From NCBI GenBank assembly GCA_963727445.1, contig CAVSGI010000010.1, forward strand, positions 1,312,001-1,376,000: DNA of 64,000 nucleotides, in the 5' to 3' direction. The notes under the pieces are model-generated. The model did no database searches, had not been told where the DNA came from, and saw only the letters and a list, made by a program, of their open reading frames with translations. Each line of letters starts with the position of its first letter. The stretch's first letter is position 1. This DNA is from an uncultured delta proteobacterium. Lineage in GTDB: Bacteria; Myxococcota_A; Polyangia; Polyangiales; B10-G4. Made by a program: the position numbers and the translations under genes. Below are positions 28,046-41,700 of this stretch, in pieces.

Positions 28046-28762
28046 ATGGGAGCGCCGATCGTTCGCAGAGAGAGCGCCGTCGATGGATGCTTGCGCGTCC
28101 TCGAAGACGCCATCGTCGAAGGCGAGCTCGCCCCTGGCGAGAAGCTGCTGCCGGAGCGCGAGCTCGCTCGTCAGCTCGGCGTCAATCGCGTCACCGTCCG
28201 CTCCGCCCTCGAACGCCTCTCGGTTCGCCAGCTCCTCGAAGCGCGGCAGGGCAGCGGCCATCGCGTCCGCGACTACCGCCGACACGGTGAGCCATCTTTG
28301 ATACATGCGCTCCTTCGGGTCGGGGGCCGCAAGCGGAAGCGCATTCGCGAGGTGGCGAAGGATCTCCTCCTGCTTCGGCGAACCCTGCTCCGCCTCGCCA
28401 TCGAGCGCGCGGAGGAGGTCGCCAGTGGAGGGGATCGACGGCGCCTCGCCGACGCCGTCGAGCGCTACGCCGCCACGATGGACACCGATCGGATCCAGGA
28501 CGCGGAACGTATCGTAATCGACTCCATCGTGGACGCGTGCCGCTCCTCCATCATCGCCTTCGCCCTCCATCCCATCCTCCGCGTCATCGAAGAGCTGCCC
28601 GAGCTCACGGAGGCGCTGGCGGAGGTGCCTTGGGGGAACGTGGACGGCTATCGGGCGCTCGTCGCTGGCCTCGAAGAGGGCGGGGATCGCTGGCTCGACG
28701 ACGTCATGGCCGAGCTCGCCCGCCACGACCTGAGCGTCCTGTCTCACCTGGATCGAAGTTGA
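28046..28762 (+). CDS. GntR-family transcriptional regulator (FadR-like)
   Basis: IVEGELAPGEKLLPERELARQLGVNRVTVRSALERL...RQGSG wHTH. Confidence 0.9.
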   Translation: MGAPIVRRESAVDGCLRVLEDAIVEGELAPGEKLLPERELARQLGVNRVTVRSALERLSVRQLLEARQGSGHRVRDYRRHGEPSLIHALLRVGGRKRKRIREVAKDLLLLRRTLLRLAIERAEEVASGGDRRRLADAVERYAATMDTDRIQDAERIVIDSIVDACRSSIIAFALHPILRVIEELPELTEALAEVPWGNVDGYRALVAGLEEGGDRWLDDVMAELARHDLSVLSHLDRS

Positions 28763-28888
28763 TCCGTCCCTGTGTAGGGGACGCTCCGCAGATTCCTCAC
28801 AGGTGGGAGGAAAGGTTTTGGGTGGGCGGAGAGTAAGACGCGCTGTCCGAGGGGGCTTCGGCTCCAAAGCAGGACCGAGAGGACAGCC

Positions 28889-31135
28889 ATGCAGCATCTG
28901 GAACTGGATTATGAAGACGTGAGCGAGACCGTCGTGACGGGTCGCCCCACCACCGACCTCCACGACCTCCGCGTCGTTCTCGTTTCCACCGATCCGGTGG
29001 TCGGGCGCCGGGTCGAGCGGATCCTGACCCCGATGGGCGCAAGGCTCGCGATGATCCCCGATTGGGGTCACGTCTCCATCAACGAGGTCCGGGGCCTCGA
29101 TCCGCAGCTCGTCCTCCTCGAGCCCAGCGCCGACCTCAAGAGTCGGGCCGACGCCATCCGCCGCCTGGCCGAGGAGCCCCGCCTGCAGTGGGCGGTGATC
29201 GATCGCGTGCCGCGCGGTCTCGACACCCAGCGAGGGGTGGACCGGCTGGTGGAGCTCGCCGCCGTCGCCCTCGGGCCCGACCGTCAGCTCCAGGCCGAGA
29301 TCGTTCTCGCCCGCGGCGAGGAGGAAGGCCGCCCAGCCCCAATCGATGCCCTCGGGCCCGGCCGGTTGCTCCGCGCGCTCGTGGTGAGCGGGGGCTCTTT
29401 CGAGCTCCGCTACGAAGAGCACTCCGTCGAAGCCTCCCTCGTGATCTCGAACGGCGTGCTGGTCGAGGCCAACTGGAAAGAGCGAGGCCCCGAGGCCAAT
29501 CACCTGCAGGGCGTCGCGGCGCTCACCGCCTTCACGGCGCTGCGGCATGGCGAGGTCCGCATCATCCCGATCGCCGATCGCGAAGGGCCCGGCCTCGGTC
29601 TCTTGGCCAACACCCTCGAAGAGGCGGCCGACCCGGCGCTGGGCTGGGTCGCGACCCGCGTGGCCACCGGCCGCTACCTCATCCCGCCCCCCGGCGTCGC
29701 ATCCCTGAAGGAGGGCGACCTGCCCGACGCCAGCCGCACGCGGCGTGAGCGCCCCGAGGCTGGAACCGAAAGCGAGGGCCTGCCGCCGCTCGCGGGCTCG
29801 CCCACCGTTCCCGGCGTCGCGGGTCTTCCGCTCGTCATCCCGGAGATGCCGCGCATGCCGCGCCCGCAAGGACCGAAGCCCGTGATCGACAGCGCACGGC
29901 CGTCGAGCACCCCCCTCGAGGTGGCGATCTCCTCCATCGTGAATCTGCTTCCCCCCGAAGCGGAAACCGCCCAGGACGAGCCCGCGTCGGACGAGGGCAG
30001 CTACGACGACACCGAGGTCTCCTCGCTGAACCTCGATGTCGAGGTCGAGGCGCCCGCGGCCCCGATGATCCCGGAGACCCTCGAGACCCCGGTGGCCGCC
30101 ATCGCGCCCACCCTTCACACCGACGCCACCCTTCCGCCGGCATCGGCAGAGAGCCCCCTGCCCGGTCCCTCGCTCACGCCGGCCCCCGTGTCGGCCGCCG
30201 ACTCGATCCGCCCGTCCCTCGCCCCGGTTCAGGTGCCGAAGCGCCGCCTGTGGCCCTGGGCGCTGACCGCTCTCGCCCTTCTGGGCCTGGTCGCTGGCGG
30301 AGGCATGGTGGCCTTCGCCGGACCCCTCGCGAGCTACGCCGACGACCCGGCGGAGATCTTCGCCCAGATCGAGAGTCTCGGCCAGGACGAGGGAGAGGCT
30401 GAAGAGATCGCCGCGCCCGCCGCCGTCCAACTCGGAAGCACCGCTCCTGCGGCGCCCACGGTGGTCGAAGCGGCCGAGGACGAGGCACCCGCCGAAATGG
30501 TCTTCGATCTGGAGGACGCCGACGAGCCCCTAGCGGTGGACGGAGACGACACCGAAGGCCGCGACGAAGGCCACGACAGCGACGCCCACGAGGCCCGTCG
30601 TCGCCGCCGTGCCCTGCGCCGCGAGGTCAGCGATCTCCTGGCGCAGGCGCACGACGCGCCCAGCGCCCAGGCCGCCGCCGACCTCTACCATCAGGTGCTC
30701 GAGCTGGACGCCCACGAGGTCCGCGCCCTCCGCGGTCTCGCCCGCGCTCACATGGTGATGGGCAACTACGCCGACGCCGTCCGCTTCGGCGAAGAGGCGA
30801 CGCGCACCCGTCCCCGCGACGCGGCGGCGTGGGGCCTGCTCGGCGACATCCACCGCCGCGCCGGCAACGCCGAGTCCGCGCAGCGGGCCTACGACCGCGC
30901 CGCGGCCCTCGACCCGAGCGCGGCGCCAGAGGAAGCCGCGGCCACCCCCGAAGCGACCGAGCCCGCCGTCACGACCGAGACCGAGACGCCCGAAGCACCC
31001 GCACCGGCCGCTTCTGCCGAAGCGCCCGCTTCTGCCGAAGCGCCCGTCACGGCGCCTCTGCCGGCGGAGGCTCCTCGGGCTCCGGGGGAGCTGGCTCCTC
31101 GGAATTCGGGCTCGGCTCTTCCTCCGGCGATGTAG
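28889..31135 (+). CDS. Single-pass membrane protein: degenerate receiver-like and DUF4388-like region, Pro-rich linker, TM, C-terminal TPR
   Basis: TM WALTALALLGLVAGGGMVAFA; TPR-like YHQVLELD..ALRGLARA, AWGLLGDIH..AYDRAAALDP; N-terminal domain calls are tentative. Confidence 0.72.
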   Translation: MQHLELDYEDVSETVVTGRPTTDLHDLRVVLVSTDPVVGRRVERILTPMGARLAMIPDWGHVSINEVRGLDPQLVLLEPSADLKSRADAIRRLAEEPRLQWAVIDRVPRGLDTQRGVDRLVELAAVALGPDRQLQAEIVLARGEEEGRPAPIDALGPGRLLRALVVSGGSFELRYEEHSVEASLVISNGVLVEANWKERGPEANHLQGVAALTAFTALRHGEVRIIPIADREGPGLGLLANTLEEAADPALGWVATRVATGRYLIPPPGVASLKEGDLPDASRTRRERPEAGTESEGLPPLAGSPTVPGVAGLPLVIPEMPRMPRPQGPKPVIDSARPSSTPLEVAISSIVNLLPPEAETAQDEPASDEGSYDDTEVSSLNLDVEVEAPAAPMIPETLETPVAAIAPTLHTDATLPPASAESPLPGPSLTPAPVSAADSIRPSLAPVQVPKRRLWPWALTALALLGLVAGGGMVAFAGPLASYADDPAEIFAQIESLGQDEGEAEEIAAPAAVQLGSTAPAAPTVVEAAEDEAPAEMVFDLEDADEPLAVDGDDTEGRDEGHDSDAHEARRRRRALRREVSDLLAQAHDAPSAQAAADLYHQVLELDAHEVRALRGLARAHMVMGNYADAVRFGEEATRTRPRDAAAWGLLGDIHRRAGNAESAQRAYDRAAALDPSAAPEEAAATPEATEPAVTTETETPEAPAPAASAEAPASAEAPVTAPLPAEAPRAPGELAPRNSGSALPPAM

Positions 31136-31701
31136 TCGCGGCGCCTCTCAGCGCCCCGTCGACCAACCCTCTGGCGGCGCCGATCTCGTCGATCACCCAA
31201 TCCGTGAGGTCGACCGAGTGGCGGGCGAAGGACACCGCCGTGCGATCGACGAATCAACCCGTAGCGCTCCCTTCGCCCGATGGTCTCGCAGACCTCGCGC
31301 ACCTCGTCGAGCAGCGGCAGCGTGAGCTCGGTGCGATAGGCCTCGAGCTGCTGCCGCCCTCGCTTTTCGACCTCCTCCGCGTGCTCGGCGGCCAGGCGAT
31401 ACTCCCCGGCGAGCTCCGCCAGCCGGTCCCGGTTCGGCGCCTCGGCGTTCTGCTCGGCCTCGAGGTCCTCGAGGATGGTCTCGAGCTCGACCCGGGCATC
31501 GGTCAGCTGGCTCTGGAGCTGCCGCTCTGCGTCCGCGAGCTGAGCCAAGATCCGTTGCCCATGGCGCGTCTCTTGGATGATCCGGCCCATGTCGACGAAG
31601 CCGACGCGCTCATACGTCTCCTCCGCGGAGCTCTCCGCGCCCCGCCTCGCGGGCGCGCCGCATCCTGCGAGGAGGGCGACGAAGACGAGCAGCGGCTTCA
31701 C
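31047..31701 (-). CDS. OmpH/Skp-family chaperone-like lipoprotein, +1 frameshift at ~31252
   Basis: Lipobox LAGC; VGFVDMGRII, coiled coil, YGLI; removing one base restores VDRTAVSFA...DLTDWVI, a typical Skp C-terminus. Confidence 0.75.
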
Positions 31702-31788
31702 CAGGTCGGGAAGATGTGGGGGATCGGAGGCGTTTACAAGCGGGTCTCGGGCGGCGACCCTCTGGCGTAGAGGATCTCGGGGTAAGGG

Positions 31789-33537
<1,749 letters not shown>

Positions 33538-33638
33538 GCTGAAGCAGGGCGCGGGTTGAAAACCGCCCTGTTTGGGGGCCTACTTCGCGATCCCGGGAGG
33601 CCGCTCGTCTCGGCCGCCCCACAGCCTCAGGGAGAACC

Positions 33639-35220
<1,582 letters not shown>

Positions 35221-35225
<5 letters not shown>

Positions 35226-35251
35226 GCGCCGCACCCGCCCGAGCGCTCAGA
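35221..35251. terminator. Possible bidirectional hairpin between convergent genes
   Basis: TCTGAGCGC...GCGCTCAGA 9-bp inverted repeat containing both stop codons; no U-tract. Confidence 0.3.
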
Positions 35252-35753
35252 AGTAGAAGCCGACGCCGCCGCCGAGGGTTCCGGCGACGGTGAAGGGCAC
35301 GACTGTGAGGACGCCGAAATCGGTCTCGCCGAAGGGGACGTACGCAGCGGCTTCGAGCTCGAGGGCGAGCCAGGGGAGCGGGCGGTAGCGGACGCCGAGG
35401 GAGAGGAACATCGAGGCGCCGAAGCGGCCAGGGCGCGCGTTGGTCTCGCCGCGCGCGTGCATCGCCACGCCGAGGCGTGAGAAGGGTTGGATGACGTCGG
35501 AGGCGAAGAAGGCGCCCTCGACGTAGGGGACGAAGTCGGCGCTCCGGATCGCGCCTTCGATCGAGGAAAAGCCGTAGCCGACGCCGAGGCGGGTGATGCC
35601 GAGGGTCAGGTTGGGCGTGATGACCACCCCCAAGGTCAGGCCATAGGCGAAGAAGCCTCCGACGCCTGAGTCGCGGTCGTCGGCGAGACCGCCGTGCGTG
35701 CCGATCGCCAGGTGGATACGTCGCTCCCGAATCGGCACCTGCAGTCCGGTCAT
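35247..35753 (-). CDS. Hypothetical outer-membrane beta-barrel-like protein
   Basis: Alternating Gly/aromatic strands, LGVRYRPLPWLALELE, terminal GVGFYF; no signal peptide seen. Confidence 0.6.
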   Translation of the reverse strand: MTGLQVPIRERRIHLAIGTHGGLADDRDSGVGGFFAYGLTLGVVITPNLTLGITRLGVGYGFSSIEGAIRSADFVPYVEGAFFASDVIQPFSRLGVAMHARGETNARPGRFGASMFLSLGVRYRPLPWLALELEAAAYVPFGETDFGVLTVVPFTVAGTLGGGVGFYF

Positions 35754-35773
35754 TGCGGTAGACTTCGGGCCGC

Positions 35774-38700
35774 GTGGAGGAGACGGGGCCTGGGTCGGGT
35801 AGCGACGTGGAAGAGCGGATCGCCGGTCTCCGGGCGGAGCTCAAGTCGGGCGGGGATCGCGCCATCAAGGCCACCCTCCACTACGAGCTGGGGCACCTGC
35901 TCGAGAGCTCGGGGGACGTCGATGCCGCGCTGACGGAGTACGACACCGCGCGCAAGGCCGACTCGAGCTTTCGGCTGCCGATCTTCGCCCTGGTGAGGCT
36001 CTACCGGGAGCGCAAGGACGCGGTGAAGCTCGCCGACCTCCTCGCCACCGAGGCGAAGGTGGCGAAGAATCCCGCGGAGGAAGCGTCGGCCCTCCTCGAG
36101 CACGCGGCGCTCCTCGAGGACGAGCTCGGACGCGACAAGCAGGCGAAGGCACTCTACGAGCGCGTCCTCGGACGCGACCCGGGAAACCTCACGGCGTCAC
36201 TCTCCCTCGAACGCATGTTCCGCGCCGGCGGCGACGCGCGCAGCGCCGCCAAGATCGTCCACGACCGCGCCGAGCACGAAAACAATCCCGTCGCCAAGCG
36301 GGTCTTGATCCTCGAGGGCGCGTTGGATCGGGAAAAAGCGGGGGACGTCGAAGGCGCGATCGAGGAGCTCCGCGGTGCATCCAACGCGCCGCACCTGCAG
36401 GTGCGCTTCCTGCGCGAGCTCGAGCGGCTCTCCCGCAGCACCGGCCTCGTCCACGACCGCATCGAGGTGATGGAGCGTTTGTCGAAGCTCGCGGAGCGCC
36501 GCGCCAAGGGCGAGTCGGTGAGTCAGGGCCTCTCCGCCGGATCGCTGCCGCCCTTCGCCGACGAAAAGGAAGCGGTGGGCGCCGCCTGCGTCCTGCTCCG
36601 CGAGATCGCGCAGCTCAAGCTCTCGGAGGACGACGCGCGCGGGGCGCTCTCCGCCCTCGACCGCGCCGTCACCCTCGCACCCGACGACCTGCTCCTGCGC
36701 TACGAGCGCCTCGCGCTCTACGAGCGCCTCGACGACTTCGGCAGCGCTCAGAAGGACGCGCGCGAGCTCACCTCCGCGGGCGGGCCCACCAGCGCCGCCA
36801 TCCTGCTCCGCATGGCGGATCTCGCCGCGCGCAAGAACAACCGGCGCGCGCGCCGCGACTACCTCGAGCAGGCCACCGAAGCCGATCCCAGCTCGGCGAT
36901 CGCCACCGCGCTCCTCGAAGAAGAGCTCCTGTCCAACGCCGAGCCCTCGGAGCGGATCACCTGGCTCACCAACACCGCGCGCGACAAGAGCGCGGGCGAG
37001 CGCCAGAAGCTCTTGTGGCGCGCCGCCCGCATGGCCGCGTACGACATCGAGAACGAGTCGCGGGCGCGCGCTCTGTACATGGAAGCGGTGGGTGCCGCGG
37101 GCGGCGCCGGCGCCGTCTCCATCCTGCGCGACTGCTACGGCGCGGCGCTCTATCTCGGCTCCGATGTGCTCGTGAACGAAGCGATCGTGCGCCTCCTCGA
37201 GGTGGACTCCCTCGACCCCCGCGAACGGAGCGCGCTCGTCTACGAACGCTACCGGCGCCTGCGCGCCAAGGACCCGGACGGCGCCACGCGCCTGCTCGCC
37301 GATCTGCGCGACGAGCCCTCCTCGCCTCCCTGGGTCTGTCACGTGCTGCGCCTCGCGAGCGCGAGCCGCAAAGACCTTCGCGGGCTCGCCGCCGCGCACC
37401 TGGCCCTCGCCGATCGCGCCTACGAGGGAGCGGACGACGAGCTGGGTGTGGCCCACGCGGGCGCGGCGGGGCGCGCCCTGGGCCGCGTGGGCGACCTCGA
37501 TCGCGCCGCCGAGGTGCTCGAGACGGCGATGGGCCGCGCCCCGGACTCCGAGTACGTGCGAACGCTCCTCGAAGAGGTGCTCACCGCCCGGGGCGCGGAC
37601 ACCGATCTGGCCTCACTCCTCTTGTCGGCGGGGGACAACGCCGAGGACGCGCGCCACGCCGAGCCGTTGCTCCTGCGCGCGGCCTACGCCGCCCAGGAAG
37701 CGGGAGACATCGAGCGCGCCTTCGAAGCCTGCCGGCGGGCCGCCGCCAAGAGCCCGAGCTCGGTCGCGCCGCGCTGGGCCATGTGGCGCATCGCCACCGA
37801 GGCTCGCGACGAGGAGCGCGCCCGCGAAGGGCTCGAAGCCCTCGCCGAGCGCGAAGCTGCGACCGGCCACCCATCGGTGGCGACGCTGGCGCTGGGCGAG
37901 CTCCGCGCTTTTGGCGGTGCGGGCCCCGAAGCTGGTCTCAAGGAGCTCTCGGCCGCGGCGAAGCACGACGTGGTGGGCGCCGCCGCCGCGGTGGCGATGC
38001 TCGTCACCACCTCCGACGAGGGCTCCCTGACCCGCGCTCTCGAACGGCTCCTCGAGGAAGCCCACGGCCCCTCTGCGCGCGGGCTGACGCGCACCCTCGG
38101 TGGCATGCTCCTCGACGGAGTCGGGGCCGCCGACCGCGTACAGCAGATCATCCGCCGCGTCCTGTCGATGTCGCGCGAGGATCGATGGGCGCTCTGGGCT
38201 TCGCTCAAGCTCGCCGGCAGCGACGCGTCGAGGGCACGCGAGCGCAGCGCGGCCTTCGAGGGGCTCGGCGCGGCCACCGGCGATCCGGAGATCGGGGCCG
38301 AGCTGCTCCTGTACGCGCTCTTCTCGGATCCCGACACCGCGGACGACGAGCGCCGGCAGAAGATCGTCGAAGAGATCGAGTCGCTCGACGGTGACGGGAT
38401 CTTCTCGGCGATGGCGGCCGAGGGCGCGGTGACCTCGGCGGAGACCGCGGCGTCGGCGCTGTCGGCGCGCCTGGGCAAGTCGGGCGCATCCGGGGGTGGG
38501 TCGGTGGAGACCGCCACTGGGCGCGCGCTGGTGCTGGCCGGCCGTTACGCCGAAGCGCTCCCGGTCCTGAAGAAGGCGACCGAGCACGCACCGGAGGATC
38601 TGTCGGCCTGGGAGGCGCTTCGTGTCGCGGCCAAGGCTGAGCAGGACTTCGACGCCCTGGTGGCGGCCGTCGATCGGCTCGCACCCATCGCCCCCGCGGA

Positions 38701-41700
38701 GCTGCGCGCAGAGCTCCTCGCAGAGGCGGGCCTCGGCCTCGCCAAGCACGCCGATCGCCCCGCCGACGCCGAGAATCGCCTCCGCCGCTCCCTGGGCGAG
38801 AACCCCGAAAACCTCGACGCCTATCAGGCGCTCCACGAGATCGTCGCCGAACGGGGCGATCGCGGCGCGCTCGTGGACTTGGTCGAAGCGCGCATCTCTG
38901 TCACCGACGAATCGGACGAGCTCAGCCAGCTCTTCTGGGAAGCGGCCGAGCTCTATCACGCGCTCAGACGCGATCAGGAAGCGATCGACTCGCTGAAGAA
39001 TCTGATGGTGTTGACGCCCGACCACGCGCCGGGCCTGTCGCTCCTCGCCGCCTGTCACGTCGCCCGGGGCGAGTTCGAGGCCGCGATCGATTCCCTGCGC
39101 TCCCTGGCCTGCGTGGACGTCCCGGTGGAAGAGCGTCGCGACGCCCGCCTCGCCGCCGCGCGCTACCTGGTGACCGAGCTCGACGATCCCGCCGGCGCCT
39201 ATCAGGAGCTCAAGGTCATCGAGAACATGGGGCAGGCCGACGAGGCGCATTACGCCCGGATGGCGATGCTCGCCGAGCGCGCGCAGATGCACGAAGAGGC
39301 GGTGCAGGCGCTCGAAGAAGCCGCCGCCCTCACCGAGGGCGCCGACCGGGCGCGCTACGAGTCGCGTGCAGCGGTGATCCACCGCGCGGTGCGAAACGAC
39401 GAGGCGGCGGCGATCGACGCCTATCGCCGCGCGCTCCAAGCGGTGCCCACGAACGAAACCGCAGCCTCTGCCCTCGCCGACCTCCTCGATCGCGGCGGAA
39501 GGAGGCGCCTCTCGGCCACCTTCGACGCCGCGGTGCGCGCGGAGATGGCGGAGACCGGCACCTCGGTCGCCGCGCTTCGCAAGCTGCAGAAGGCCGCGGT
39601 CTGGGCGCAGGACCTGGACTACGAGCGCCTCGTCCTCGAAGCGATCTTCGTCGTCGGCAGCGGTTCGCCCGAAGAAGAGGAGCGCTGGGAGGAGCTCGCC
39701 GAGGCGACGCCCGAGACCCTCTCGGGCACGCTCAGCGACGAGAGCCTCGCTGGCCTCGGGGCACGCGGCCTCGACTCGTCCGTGGCGGAGCTGCTCAACG
39801 TCGCCACGGACGCCGTGCTGTCGGTGGACGGCACCGATCTCAAGAGCCTCGGCGTGGGCCGCCGGGAGCTCACCAAGGACCGCGACACGTCGCCGGTGCG
39901 CGACGAGGTGATGGCGATCGGCCAGCTCTTCGGCGTGGACGCGGACAAGCTCTACCTCGGCGGCTCGCCACCCGGCGGCGCGGCGCTCTTGGGATCGCGC
40001 CTCGAGCCCGCATCGTGGGTGGTGGACGACAGCGCCGAGAGCCCGCTGTCCGCCGAGCTTCGCTTCCGAGCCGCGACGCTGTCGATGGCACACCACGAAG
40101 GCGGGCTGCCGCTTCTGTCGCGAAACGTCGAGAGCGGAGTCTCCCTCGTCGCCGCCCTCGCCATCGCGACCGACCAACGCCTCGAGGGCGCCGACTCGGA
40201 CGACGGCCTCGCGACCCAGCTCCGCAAAGCGCTGTCGCGCAGCGCGCGCAAGAGCGTGGAGCGCCTCGCAAAGGAGACGGACGTCGAATCGGTTCGCGCG
40301 CACGTCCAGGCGGTGCGCACCGCATGCCTACGCGCCGGCCTCGCGATCTCGGGCGAGCTCTACGCATCGCTGTCGATGGTGTTGGGCGGCGACCTGGACA
40401 ACCTGGGCTCGTCTCCGGCGGCGGTGGACCTGTTGAGCTTCTGGCTCTCACCCGAACACCGCTTCATCCGCGCCGAGCTCGGGATGACCCCGGAGCTCGA
40501 CGAGCAGGATGGGGGCGACGACCTGGAGCGGGCTGCGGCGCGCCTCGAGCGGGCCTCCGGCTTCTTCGCCGCACAGCCGGAGAGCTTCGACTGGATGGTG
40601 GACGCCCAGGGGCTGGTGGGTCGGGTCGACAAGGCGACCCCCGACGAAACCGAGCTGGTGGCGGGAACCCGTCCCGGTGCTCCAGAGGCCGCACTGCCCA
40701 GCCTCGAAGGCCGCCTCTCCTTGGTCGTCGCTCTCGCCGAGGCGAGCGACGACGCGCAGCTCCTGGTGAGCGCGGCCGAGATCGCCGACGCGCAGGGTGA
40801 CCACGACAAGGCGCGGTCACTCACGGCGCGCGCGGGCAAGAGCGGTGGGGGCGACGTGGTGGCCCTTTGGCGCCGGCGCACGGCGGCGATCGCCCGCGGT
40901 GCGTGGTCCGAGGTCGCCGAGCTGCTCGAAGCCGAGGCGGCGCTCCCCATCCCGCCCGAACAGCGCGGGCTCTGCCTGGCGATCCTCTCGGTGGTCGCCC
41001 TGTCGCGGCTCGGTGACGTGACCCGCGCCCGCGACGCCGCGAATCGCGCCCTCAGTCAGCGGCCGAAGTCGGTGGCGGCCGCGCTCCTCTCGGCGCTCCT
41101 CGCGCCGCGCGGCGACGCCGAGGGTTCCGCGGCCGCGCTCGAGCGCGCGGCGCGCGGCTGGAACGACGGCAAGGCGAGCGCAGCGCTGCTGGTCGAGGCC
41201 GCGCGGAAGAAGGCCCGCGCGGGCGACCTCACGCGCGCGCGTTTCCTCTACAAGCGTGCGGCCAGCGAGGACCCCGACGCCCTCGACGCCGCCGTGGGCC
41301 TCGCGCGCGCCGCCTTCGCGCAGCGCGGCTTCGACGAAGCGTCGGACGCGCTGGTGCGCGCCTCCAAGCTCATCAACGATCGCCACCTCGGCGAGGCTTT
41401 CCTGAGGGCCGCGGCGCGTATCGCCCAGGTCGCGGCCAGCAAGCCGGCGCACGCGACGTCGATACTGGCGGAGGTGAGCGACAGCCCGGCGGTCGAGGCG
41501 CTGGCCATCGCCGCGGACGCCGCCCACGATCGCGACAGCCTGATGCGTGCCGTGACGGCGTGCGCCGCCGCCACCCGGCGCACCGCCCGGGCGCTTTGGT
41601 CGGTGCGGGTGGCGGAGCTGCGGAGCGAGGCGGGAGACCAGAAAGGTGCCGCGCAGGCCCTCCGCGACGCCACCCACGCCGACCAGACGCTCGATTTGAT

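Noticed and set aside
27962..30430. 822-aa minus-strand ORF
   Set aside because: Antisense shadow of the GntR and TPR membrane genes
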